Of a stretch of 64,000 nucleotides of DNA, positions 36,703 through 44,325 are shown in pieces; position 1 is the stretch's first letter, and each line of letters opens with the position of its first letter. The position numbers and the translations under genes are program-made. This DNA is from a bacterium (GTDB taxonomy: Bacteria; Patescibacteriota; Minisyncoccia; Minisyncoccales; RBG-13-42-11), in NCBI GenBank assembly GCA_043817685.1, contig JBDRGQ010000006.1:1879-65878 (forward strand), read 5' to 3'. Under the pieces are notes generated by a model. The model saw only the letters and a program-made list of their open reading frames with translations, searched no databases and was not told the DNA's origin.

Positions 36703-37159
36703 GGTATTTTAAAGTAATCTTTCTTTTATCTTTTTTTATAAAATCAAATTGTAAGACTATTGCTTCTTTGGGTAATATGTTTTTTATCCTTTCCGCCCAT
36801 TCTATAGCAACTATATTTTTAGGATCTTTTAAAATATCCTTAACCTCCAAAAGCAGCATTTCTTTTGACCCTTGTATTCTATAACAGTCTATGTGGTAAA
36901 AATTGTTATAGTTTTTTTCCTTCACTAATTTAAATCTTTTTAGAATAACAAAAGTTGGACTTAATATTTTTTCTTTGATCCCTAGCCCTTTTGCAAACCC
37001 CTGCAAAAAAGTAGTTTTCCCTCCTCCCAAACATCCATTAAGGCTAAAGACTAAAGCTTTCTTTTCAGCTTTGCTCAAAACAATCTCTCTCGCCAGAAAT
37101 TCTCCTAATTTTTTAGTTTGATTTGCGTTTTTGGTTATGAATATCTTTTTCTTCTCCAT
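36695..37159 (-). CDS. tsaE: tRNA t6A37 biosynthesis ATPase TsaE
   Basis: LNGCLGGGKTTFLQGFAKGLGI...SPTFVI...HIDCYR. Confidence 0.88.
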   Translation of the reverse strand: MEKKKIFITKNANQTKKLGEFLAREIVLSKAEKKALVFSLNGCLGGGKTTFLQGFAKGLGIKEKILSPTFVILKRFKLVKEKNYNNFYHIDCYRIQGSKEMLLLEVKDILKDPKNIVAIEWAERIKNILPKEAIVLQFDFIKKDKRKITLKYHV

Positions 37160-37217
37160 GTTGACTTTTAGCTCGTTTTAAGCTATTTTTAATCAAGTAA
37201 TTTGATTTTACCTCTTT

Positions 37218-38531
37218 ATGCAAGAGAATTCAAAACAATCGGGTAAGGGAATGTTTTTTTCTCCAGAAAAGACTTCTTCGGTTGAAAAGATAAAAAGTGT
37301 TTCTGCTTTGCAAGAAGAGATAAAAAAAGCTGTTTCTAAAACCACTAGCGAATTACTGGAAACAATAATCGGAGGAACCATACAAATAAATGCTTCTGAC
37401 GTTCATATAGAACCCATGAAAGAAGCTGCCAAGATAAGAGTTAGAGTAGATGGAATACTGCGGGATGTTATAGACATAGCTAAAGAAGATTACGAAGAAA
37501 TACTCTCTAGAATAAAACTTTTATCTGGCATTAAATTAAACATAAATGATCGACCTCAAGACGGCCGATTTAGTATTTTTATGGAGAAGGAAAAAGAAAC
37601 TCTTCCCATAGAATTAAGAATTTCTACCCTGCCGGCAGAACATGGAGAAGCTATTGTGATTAGAATACTAAATCCAAAATCTTTAATAAGTTTAGAGGAT
37701 TTGGGTTTAAGAGATGATCTATTAGAAATATTCAAAAAAGAAATTAAAAAACCCAATGGGATGATTATCATTACCGGCCCTACCGGATCTGGCAAGACTA
37801 CTACTCTTTACGCTTTTTTAAAAGAAATACAAAGGCCTGAAATAAAAATAATAACAATAGAAGACCCTATTGAATATCATTTGAAAGGAATTTCTCAAAC
37901 CCAAGTAAACCCTGAAAAAGGATATGATTTTGCTTCTGGACTTCAGTCTATTATGAGACAAGATCCTGATGTAATACTTGTCGGAGAAATAAGAGATCCG
38001 AAAACAAGTAAAATAGCGATACAGGCTGCTTTAACTGGGCACCTAGTATTTTCCACTCTGCACGCTAACGACGCCTCAGGAACAGTTTCCAGAATGACTA
38101 GCTTAGAAGGAGATATAAAAAATATAGGACCAGCCATTAATATAGCTGTAGCCCAAAGATTAGTCAGAAAGGTATGTAAAAAATGTCTTACCTTAAAAAC
38201 TGTTTCAAAAGAGGAAGCGGCTAAAATAAAAAAAGGGTTGCCAGAAAGCTTTCTCAAAAAATATAAGTTCTCTGCGAAAAGTAAAATTGCGGTTTCTAAA
38301 GGATGTAAAGAATGTAATTCTACTGGTTTTGAGGGAAGGGTAGGAATTTTTGAAATTATTTTAGTGGACGAAGAAATGGAAAGATTTATTTTAAAGACCC
38401 CATCTATAGCAGATTTAAGAGAAAAGGCTATCGAAAGGGGGATGATTACTATGAAACAAGATGGTTTTGTTAAGATATTGGAAAATGTGACCACCATAGA
38501 GGAAGTGGAGAGAGTTGCGGGAGAAGAATAA
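37218..38531 (+). CDS. pilB: GspE/PilB-family type II/IV secretion (type IV pilus assembly) ATPase
   Basis: ASDVHIEP, Walker A GPTGSGKTTTLYA, RQDPDVILVGEIRD, and a tetracysteine CKKC...CKEC motif. Confidence 0.88.
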   Translation: MQENSKQSGKGMFFSPEKTSSVEKIKSVSALQEEIKKAVSKTTSELLETIIGGTIQINASDVHIEPMKEAAKIRVRVDGILRDVIDIAKEDYEEILSRIKLLSGIKLNINDRPQDGRFSIFMEKEKETLPIELRISTLPAEHGEAIVIRILNPKSLISLEDLGLRDDLLEIFKKEIKKPNGMIIITGPTGSGKTTTLYAFLKEIQRPEIKIITIEDPIEYHLKGISQTQVNPEKGYDFASGLQSIMRQDPDVILVGEIRDPKTSKIAIQAALTGHLVFSTLHANDASGTVSRMTSLEGDIKNIGPAINIAVAQRLVRKVCKKCLTLKTVSKEEAAKIKKGLPESFLKKYKFSAKSKIAVSKGCKECNSTGFEGRVGIFEIILVDEEMERFILKTPSIADLREKAIERGMITMKQDGFVKILENVTTIEEVERVAGEE

Positions 38532-38535
38532 AAAA

Positions 38536-38661
38536 TTAGCCACAAAACTGGGGGCACTTAGGTATTAGGAACACAAAGTTTAAAGACTTTTTCGAGGAGT
38601 AGGTCAGTCGGAACCAAACTATCCGTCTAAAAAAGCTCCAAGCCCCCAGTTTTAAGGCTAA
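38536..38661 (+). repeat. 126-nt element bounded by 20-nt imperfect inverted repeats (candidate structured RNA or MITE-like element)
   Basis: TTAGCCACAAAACTGGGGGC (38536-38555) versus GCCCCCAGTTTTAAGGCTAA (38642-38661): 18 of 20 positions pair. The arms enclose 86 nt with internal hairpins. Confidence 0.5.
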
Positions 38662-38680
38662 TTAACTATTGTAATACAAT

Positions 38681-39562
38681 ATGTCTGTTTTGTCAAGAGT
38701 AATAGCTTTTTGTTTTATTTTCGTTTGGATAGCGATGCCTACGGTCATTTTCTCTTCCGAAGCAGAAAAAATAGATATTAATACTGCTCCCCTTGAAGAT
38801 TTGATTAAAATTATTCATTTGGGAGAAATAAGAGCGACAGAATTAATTTCTTTAAGGCCCTTCTCTTCTTTGGATGAACTATCTAGAATAAATGGTATTA
38901 GCGAATCAAGGGTTGAAGAGATAAAAGACCAAGGAATAGCTTTTGTTCAAGTAGAAGAACAAGAAAAAGAAAATCTGACCGAAGAAATTTTTCAAGGATA
39001 CCCAAAAAATATTGTATTCAACGAATTATTGCCATCCCCCGAAGGACCAGATACAGAAAACGAATGGATTGAGTTGTTTAATAAGAATGATTTTGAAGTT
39101 GATTTGTCTAACTGGCAGATTATTGATGTCGAAGGGACTACAAAAATATTTACTTTCCCTCTAGGAAAAATTATTGATGCAAAGGGGTATATTGTGCTTT
39201 ATAGAAGAGAAACGCAAATAACCTTAAACAATAGCAAGGATGGATTAAAATTATTGAACCCTTTGGGAGAAACGATTGATTCCGTAATTTATGAAAATGC
39301 TGAAAATAAAAAATCCCTAAGCCTGATTAAAGATTACTGGATATGGAATACGAAGCTAACTCCGGGGGACAAAAACATATATAATGAAGAAAAAAAGATC
39401 GTTTTGGAAAACGAAGGGAGCCAAATTAAAAATGTTGAAGATATCAAGACAGTAACGACTAACGTCAAACAATCAAACAATTATACTTTTGTGGCCATGT
39501 TGATAGCGTTAATATCTGCCATATCAATATTATTACTTAAAAAGAATGTTAGAATAAATTAG
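38681..39562 (+). CDS. ComEA-like helix-hairpin-helix DNA-binding protein fused to a lamin-tail domain, with N-terminal signal/TM and C-terminal TM
   Basis: The HhH region is DINTAPLEDLIKIIHLGEIRATELISLRPFSSLDEL. The LTD-like region is IVFNELLPSPEGPDTENEWIELFNKNDFEVDLSNWQI. The C-terminal anchor is FVAMLIALISAISILLL. Confidence 0.7.
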   Translation: MSVLSRVIAFCFIFVWIAMPTVIFSSEAEKIDINTAPLEDLIKIIHLGEIRATELISLRPFSSLDELSRINGISESRVEEIKDQGIAFVQVEEQEKENLTEEIFQGYPKNIVFNELLPSPEGPDTENEWIELFNKNDFEVDLSNWQIIDVEGTTKIFTFPLGKIIDAKGYIVLYRRETQITLNNSKDGLKLLNPLGETIDSVIYENAENKKSLSLIKDYWIWNTKLTPGDKNIYNEEKKIVLENEGSQIKNVEDIKTVTTNVKQSNNYTFVAMLIALISAISILLLKKNVRIN

Positions 39563-40291
39563 ATGTCAGGTCATTCTCATTTTTCAACAATTAAACATAA
39601 GAAGGCAGCGACTGATGCGAAGAGAAGTAAAATCTTTTCTAAGGTTTCACGTCTTATTACGATAGCCGCTAGAGAAAAGGGAGTAAATATCGAAACAAAC
39701 TCAAAATTAAAATTAGCTATAGGACAGGCAAAAGAAGCTAATATGCCATCTGACAACATAGAAAGAGCCATAAAGAAAGGAACGGGAGAAATGGAAGGAG
39801 AAAAACTGGAAGAAGTGACCTTTGAAGCTTATGGCCCTGGGGGAACAGCTGTTATCATCGAAGGAATAACCGATAACAAAAATAGAACTCTGGGAGATAT
39901 AAAACAAATTCTTAGCCAAAAAGGAGGAAAATTGGTGGCAGAAGGAGCTGTAAAATGGATGTTTGAAAGAAAAGGAATCTTGACAATAGATTCTTCTTCT
40001 ATCTCTGAAGAGAAAGAGGAAACAGAACTCAAAGTTATTGAGGCCGGAGCGGATGATCTGTATTGGAAAGAAGAGTTTTTGGAAGTGAATACAAAACCAG
40101 AAAATTTAGAAAAAGTGAAAAAGAGTCTGGAAGACAAAAACATCCCTGTAAGCTCTGCTTTTTTAGGATGGGTGGCTAAAAAAGAGGTTTCTATTGGAGA
40201 AAAAGAAAAAGAAGACAACCAAAAGCTTTTTGAAGCTCTGGACGAAAACGATTCTATTCAAGAAATTTATTCTAATGTCGAACTTCCGTAA
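39563..40291 (+). CDS. YebC/PmpR family DNA-binding transcriptional regulator
   Basis: MSGHSHFSTIKHKKAATDAKRSKIFSK is the family-defining N-terminus. Confidence 0.92.
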   Translation: MSGHSHFSTIKHKKAATDAKRSKIFSKVSRLITIAAREKGVNIETNSKLKLAIGQAKEANMPSDNIERAIKKGTGEMEGEKLEEVTFEAYGPGGTAVIIEGITDNKNRTLGDIKQILSQKGGKLVAEGAVKWMFERKGILTIDSSSISEEKEETELKVIEAGADDLYWKEEFLEVNTKPENLEKVKKSLEDKNIPVSSAFLGWVAKKEVSIGEKEKEDNQKLFEALDENDSIQEIYSNVELP

Positions 40292-40311
40292 GGTGGGAAG
40301 AAAATAAAAAT

Positions 40312-40623
40312 ATGCCCAAAGAATCAGAAATTCGAAAAAAGGCTGTAGAGATATTGGAAAAGAAAGGTTTTGTTTATTGGTATCCAGCTAAGGTTAGATT
40401 TAAACAGAATGACATCTTCGGTGTGTTTGACTTAGTTTGCTGGAGAAAAAGAACTACTAAAATCAAATTTTTGCAGTTAACCACTTTAGCTAATCTTTCT
40501 ACCAGAAGAAAAAAAATAGAGGGATTTATGAAAGAAAACAGACTTCCCCGTAAAGTTTCTGTTGGCATAGAGATCTGGGGCTGGAACCAGCGAAAGAAAG
40601 AATTCAAGATAGAGGAGATATAG
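40312..40623 (+). CDS. hypothetical protein (possible degenerate PD-(D/E)XK / Hjc-like fold)
   Basis: 103 aa. It has an E...KKGF...NDIFGVFDLVCW...IKFLQLT layout loosely like Hjc/YraN nucleases, but Q-L-T replaces the E-x-K triad. Confidence 0.3.
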   Translation: MPKESEIRKKAVEILEKKGFVYWYPAKVRFKQNDIFGVFDLVCWRKRTTKIKFLQLTTLANLSTRRKKIEGFMKENRLPRKVSVGIEIWGWNQRKKEFKIEEI

Positions 40624-40689
40624 GCTCAATGGGCGACGAGAACTTCATTCTCATCTTCACCTTCGTCCCGCTGATGAGAAGCTTGGCGC

Positions 40690-40717
40690 TTGACAGGAAT
40701 CAAAAAATGAATATAAT
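40690..40717 (+). promoter_or_regulatory. consensus sigma70-type promoter
   Basis: TTGACA (40690-40695), a 16-nt spacer, then TATAAT (40712-40717). Confidence 0.6.
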
Positions 40718-40829
40718 AGGGATAGAACCAATCGAATAGACACCCATTAATATCGTCTGTTCGAAAAAGGTCGATATCCAGCAGCTCCGCTTAAGGCGGA
40801 GCGACGCAGTTAAGAAAGCTAATATAAAT

Positions 40830-41039
40830 ATGATTGAAGACAAAGTTTTAAATCCTTTCGTCAGCGATGACGAAGAAGAAACTACAGAAGAGACTCCTGA
40901 GAAGGAAACTGAGCCTACGGATCAGGCTGAAGAAGAAACTCCTTCAGAAGACGCTCCTTCGACAGAAGACGCTCCTTCAACAGAAGAGACTCCTTCAGAA
41001 GACGCTCCTTCAACAGAAGAGACTCCAACTGAGGAATAA
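40830..41039 (+). CDS. hypothetical highly acidic tandem-repeat protein
   Basis: 69 aa, MIEDKVLNPFVSDDEEE... followed by EETPS/EDAPST repeats. It has its own promoter, a leader of about 110 nt and a terminator. Confidence 0.45.
   Translation: MIEDKVLNPFVSDDEEETTEETPEKETEPTDQAEEETPSEDAPSTEDAPSTEETPSEDAPSTEETPTEE
40932..41036 (+). repeat. in-frame 15/18-nt tandem repeats (33-nt super-unit)
   Basis: Units are gaagaaactccttca / gaagacgctccttc(g/a)aca / gaagagactcc(ttca/aact). The string gaagacgctccttcaacagaagagactcc occurs twice. Confidence 0.85.
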
Positions 41040-41058
41040 ATGTAACTAGCAAAAGAAA

Positions 41059-41086
41059 GTCCTCTCGAAAGAGGGGTTTTCTTTTA
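41059..41086. terminator. bidirectional intrinsic terminator (acidic ORF / tyrS)
   Basis: CCTCT-CGAA-AGAGG hairpin (41061-41074) with T-rich tracts on both strands. Confidence 0.65.
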
Positions 41087-41097
41087 TTCGGGGCTTT

Positions 41098-42291
41098 TTA
41101 TTTTATCTTTACGAATTTTCTTTTACCCACATTTATCACCATCCCCTTTTTTGTCTCTACGTCTTTATCCCAATCATCCCAGACCATTTTATCAACCCTT
41201 ACTCCTTTTTGGAGAATTAATTTTTTGGCTTTTGATTTGGAAGAGGCTAAATTTATTTTTACTAATAAATCTAAGATATTTATTCTCCCGGTTATAACAA
41301 ATTCTTGAATCTCGGAAGGAAGCTTCTTTTCTTCAAACACTTTTTCAAATTCTTTTTTAGCTTTTTCAGCTTCTTTTAAAGAATTGTAAGTTTTGACTAT
41401 TTCAAAAGCTAATTCTTTTTTAATATTTTTTGGATTAGATTTTCCAGATTGTAAATCCTTTTTATATTGTTTTACTTTTTCTGGAGTTATCTTTGTTAAT
41501 GTCTCAAAATATGGAATTATTAATTCGTCTGATATGGACATTACTTTCCCAAACTTCTCTTTAGAAGAATCGTCTATCCATATACAGTTTCCTGAACTTT
41601 TACTCATTGTCTTTCCGTCTGTGCCTAATATCATAGGACCAATCAAAACAAATTTTTCTTTTTTTCTCATTTTTTGCTGAAGCTCTCTTCCTATCAACAT
41701 ATTGAAGACTTGATCGCTGCCTCCAATTTCCAAATCAACATCCATAAAAACAGAATCGTATCCTTGTAAAATAGGGTACAAGACCTCGTGCATCCAAACA
41801 ACATTTCCCGATCCCAGTCTTTTTTGAAACATATCTCTTTGAAAAAGTCTGGCCGCAGATATGTTTGAAGATATATTTATAATCTCTTTTAAACCAAGCT
41901 TTAACAACCATTCTCCGTTATATTTAATCTTTACATCGGAAAGGTTCAAAACATTCTTAAGCTGCTTTTTCCAATTTTTAATATTCTCTTTTATTTCTTT
42001 TCCCAGTTTTTTAGGTCTTGCGGATTCTCTTTGAGATGGGTCTCCAGCCAAAACAGTACCCGTGCCAACCAATAAGATAGCTTCATGCCCCAAATCAGCA
42101 AACTCCTGCAGTTTTCTTAAAGGGATTACGTGTCCTAAATGAAGTTTTTTACCAGTGGGATCTACCCCCAAATAAACTCTTATCTTTTTTTTCTGCATCA
42201 GGGCCTTTAGCCCTGCTTTGCTAGGTAAAATCTGCTCTACTCTTTGAGTTAAAACTTTGTCTATTTTTGCCGAATTGTCGTTTTTTGTCAT
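41098..42291 (-). CDS. tyrS: tyrosine--tRNA ligase
   Basis: GVDPTGKKLHLGHVIPL (HIGH), GKTMSKSSGN (KMSKS), and a C-terminal S4-like domain. Confidence 0.93.
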   Translation of the reverse strand: MTKNDNSAKIDKVLTQRVEQILPSKAGLKALMQKKKIRVYLGVDPTGKKLHLGHVIPLRKLQEFADLGHEAILLVGTGTVLAGDPSQRESARPKKLGKEIKENIKNWKKQLKNVLNLSDVKIKYNGEWLLKLGLKEIINISSNISAARLFQRDMFQKRLGSGNVVWMHEVLYPILQGYDSVFMDVDLEIGGSDQVFNMLIGRELQQKMRKKEKFVLIGPMILGTDGKTMSKSSGNCIWIDDSSKEKFGKVMSISDELIIPYFETLTKITPEKVKQYKKDLQSGKSNPKNIKKELAFEIVKTYNSLKEAEKAKKEFEKVFEEKKLPSEIQEFVITGRINILDLLVKINLASSKSKAKKLILQKGVRVDKMVWDDWDKDVETKKGMVINVGKRKFVKIK

Positions 42292-42369
42292 GTATTTTAG
42301 GTTAATTAAGTTATTTTATCAGAAACTTTTTAAATTGCCAACTAGCCTATTTTTTAGTAAACTTAATAT

Positions 42370-44319
42370 ATGCCTCAAAGAAAAAACTATCTCAAAATAT
42401 TTCAAAGAGACAGAAAAAAAAGTGTCTTCTTTTTTATTGCGAAACTCACAGGCTTGGGAGTTTTAGTTTGTTTATTTTTAGGAACTATTATTTTTATCAT
42501 AGTTGCCAGAGATCTTCCTAGGCCGGAAAAATTCACAGAAAAACAATTCATTCAATCTACTAAAATATACGACAGAACTGGAGAGGTTCTACTTTATGAA
42601 ATATATGGAGAAGAAAAAAGAACTATCATCCCTCTGTCTGAAATGTCAGATCATCTGAAGAATGCAATTATAGCGACAGAAGATTCAGGGTTTTACAATC
42701 ATTTCGGAATAGATGTTAAGGGAATGCTCAGGTCTCTTTTGATAAACCTTCGGATTAAAAGCCCTACCTACGGAGGATCGACTTTAGACCAACAATTAAT
42801 AAGGTCTACTTTCTTTTCTTTGGAAAAAACGTTTGAAAGAAAGTTTAAAGAAATACTTTTAGCTTTAGAATTAGATAGAAGATATTCTAAAGACCAAATA
42901 TTGGAATGGTATTTAAACCAAGTCCCCTTTGGCTCTAATTCTTACGGAGTAGAAGCTGCATCTCAAAGTTATTTCCAAAAAAGATCTGCTGATTTATCTA
43001 TAGAAGAATCCGCTGTTTTAGCCGCCTTGATCCAAGGACCAAGCCGCCTTTCTCCTTATGGAGAGCATAAAGATCTTTTATTAAAAAGGAAAGATTACGT
43101 TTTAGACAGAATGGTGGATGAAGGATATTTAGACGAAGAAGAAGCTAAAGAAGCTAAGAATAGGGAAATCGTTTTTAACGAAAAGGCCATCCAAATAAAA
43201 GCCCCTTACTTTACTTTGTGGGCTAAACAACAATTGGAAGAAAAATACAGTGAAGACTTTTTAAAAAGAAATGGATTAAAAGTTTATACAACATTAGATT
43301 GGGCATTTCAAGAATATGCAGAAACAGCGGCTAAGGAGGGGTTTGAAAGGAATAAAGCTTATCATGCTTATAATGAAGGACTAGTGGCTTTAAACCCGAA
43401 AACAGGAGAGGTTTTAGCCATGGTGGTTGGCAACGGAGATTATTATGCAGACTCTTATCCTAAAGATTGTATTTCTGGCGTTGATTGTCTGTTCGATCCT
43501 AAATTCAATGTTGTGACAGGAACCAAACAAAATCCGGGGAGACAGCCGGGGTCATCTTTTAAACCGTTTGTTTACGCCACTGCTTTCAAAAATGGCTTTA
43601 GCGATGAAACAACAGTGATAGATGAAGAAACTAATTTCGGCATTTGGGGAGAAGAAGAATACATCCCCAAAAACTATGATGACTTATTCAGAGGAGAGGT
43701 AACGTTAAGAGAGGCTTTGTCCCAATCTTTAAATGTCCCCTCTGTAAAAGTTTTGCTTGATTTGGCTGGAATAGAAGCTTCTGTAAAGACTGCCCAAGAT
43801 TTAGGCATATCAACTTTAACCCCTCCTTACGGGCCATCTATTGTTTTGGGAGGATGGGAAGTAAAATTAATAGAAATGGTTTCAGCTTACGGAGTATTCG
43901 CCACAGATGGAACAAAAATACAACCATCTGCAATCTTAAAAATAGAAGATAGCTCAGGAAATATTATTGAAGAAAACAAAAAAACACCTAAAAGAGTTTT
44001 ATCTAGCGATGTAACTAAATTATTGAACGATATTCTTTCGGATAATAATGCCAGAGCCCCAATGTTTGGGTATAATTCCACTCTATATTTCCCCGGGTAT
44101 CAAGTAGCCGCTAAAACGGGAACCACTCAGGATTATAGAGATACTTGGGCAATAGGATATACTCCCTCTATAGTGGCTGGGGTATGGGTTGGTAATAACA
44201 ATAACGAATCTATGTCAAAAAAACCCTCCGTGGTAGTGGCCGGGTCAATTTTCCATAGATTTATGGAACAAGCCTTATTAGATCTCCCAATAGAAGAGTT
44301 TGAAAAGCCTGTTAAATAA
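42370..44319 (+). CDS. bifunctional class A penicillin-binding protein (PBP1A: glycosyltransferase + transpeptidase)
   Basis: GT51 motifs AIIATEDSGFYNHFGID and RKFKEILLALELDRRYSKDQILEWYLN. Transpeptidase motifs SSFKP (SxxK) and KTGTT. Confidence 0.93.
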   Translation: MPQRKNYLKIFQRDRKKSVFFFIAKLTGLGVLVCLFLGTIIFIIVARDLPRPEKFTEKQFIQSTKIYDRTGEVLLYEIYGEEKRTIIPLSEMSDHLKNAIIATEDSGFYNHFGIDVKGMLRSLLINLRIKSPTYGGSTLDQQLIRSTFFSLEKTFERKFKEILLALELDRRYSKDQILEWYLNQVPFGSNSYGVEAASQSYFQKRSADLSIEESAVLAALIQGPSRLSPYGEHKDLLLKRKDYVLDRMVDEGYLDEEEAKEAKNREIVFNEKAIQIKAPYFTLWAKQQLEEKYSEDFLKRNGLKVYTTLDWAFQEYAETAAKEGFERNKAYHAYNEGLVALNPKTGEVLAMVVGNGDYYADSYPKDCISGVDCLFDPKFNVVTGTKQNPGRQPGSSFKPFVYATAFKNGFSDETTVIDEETNFGIWGEEEYIPKNYDDLFRGEVTLREALSQSLNVPSVKVLLDLAGIEASVKTAQDLGISTLTPPYGPSIVLGGWEVKLIEMVSAYGVFATDGTKIQPSAILKIEDSSGNIIEENKKTPKRVLSSDVTKLLNDILSDNNARAPMFGYNSTLYFPGYQVAAKTGTTQDYRDTWAIGYTPSIVAGVWVGNNNNESMSKKPSVVVAGSIFHRFMEQALLDLPIEEFEKPVK

Positions 44320-44325
44320 GATTTT

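Noticed and set aside
37943-38557. 204-aa minus-strand ORF.
   Set aside because: It is entirely antisense to the well-supported pilB-like gene and has low-complexity shadow composition. The same reasoning applies to 6364-6978(+), 16550-16999(+), 45089-45508(+), 49377-49793(+), 52777-53379(+), 56500-56958(+) and the other short antisense ORFs in the track.
40667-40700. CUGAUGAG string (40671-40678) resembling the hammerhead ribozyme core.
   Set aside because: After a possible stem II (AAGC…GCUU) the sequence reads GACA rather than the required GAAA box. I could find no stem I/III arrangement or cleavage triplet. The downstream part coincides with the TTGACA -35 element.
40629-40739. 36-codon ORF (MGDENFILIFTFVPLMRSLALDRNQKMNIIGIEPIE) with strikingly C/G-ending codons.
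   Set aside because: It runs straight through the consensus promoter, has no convincing SD, is very short, and loses its codon bias halfway. It is recorded as a compositional oddity only.
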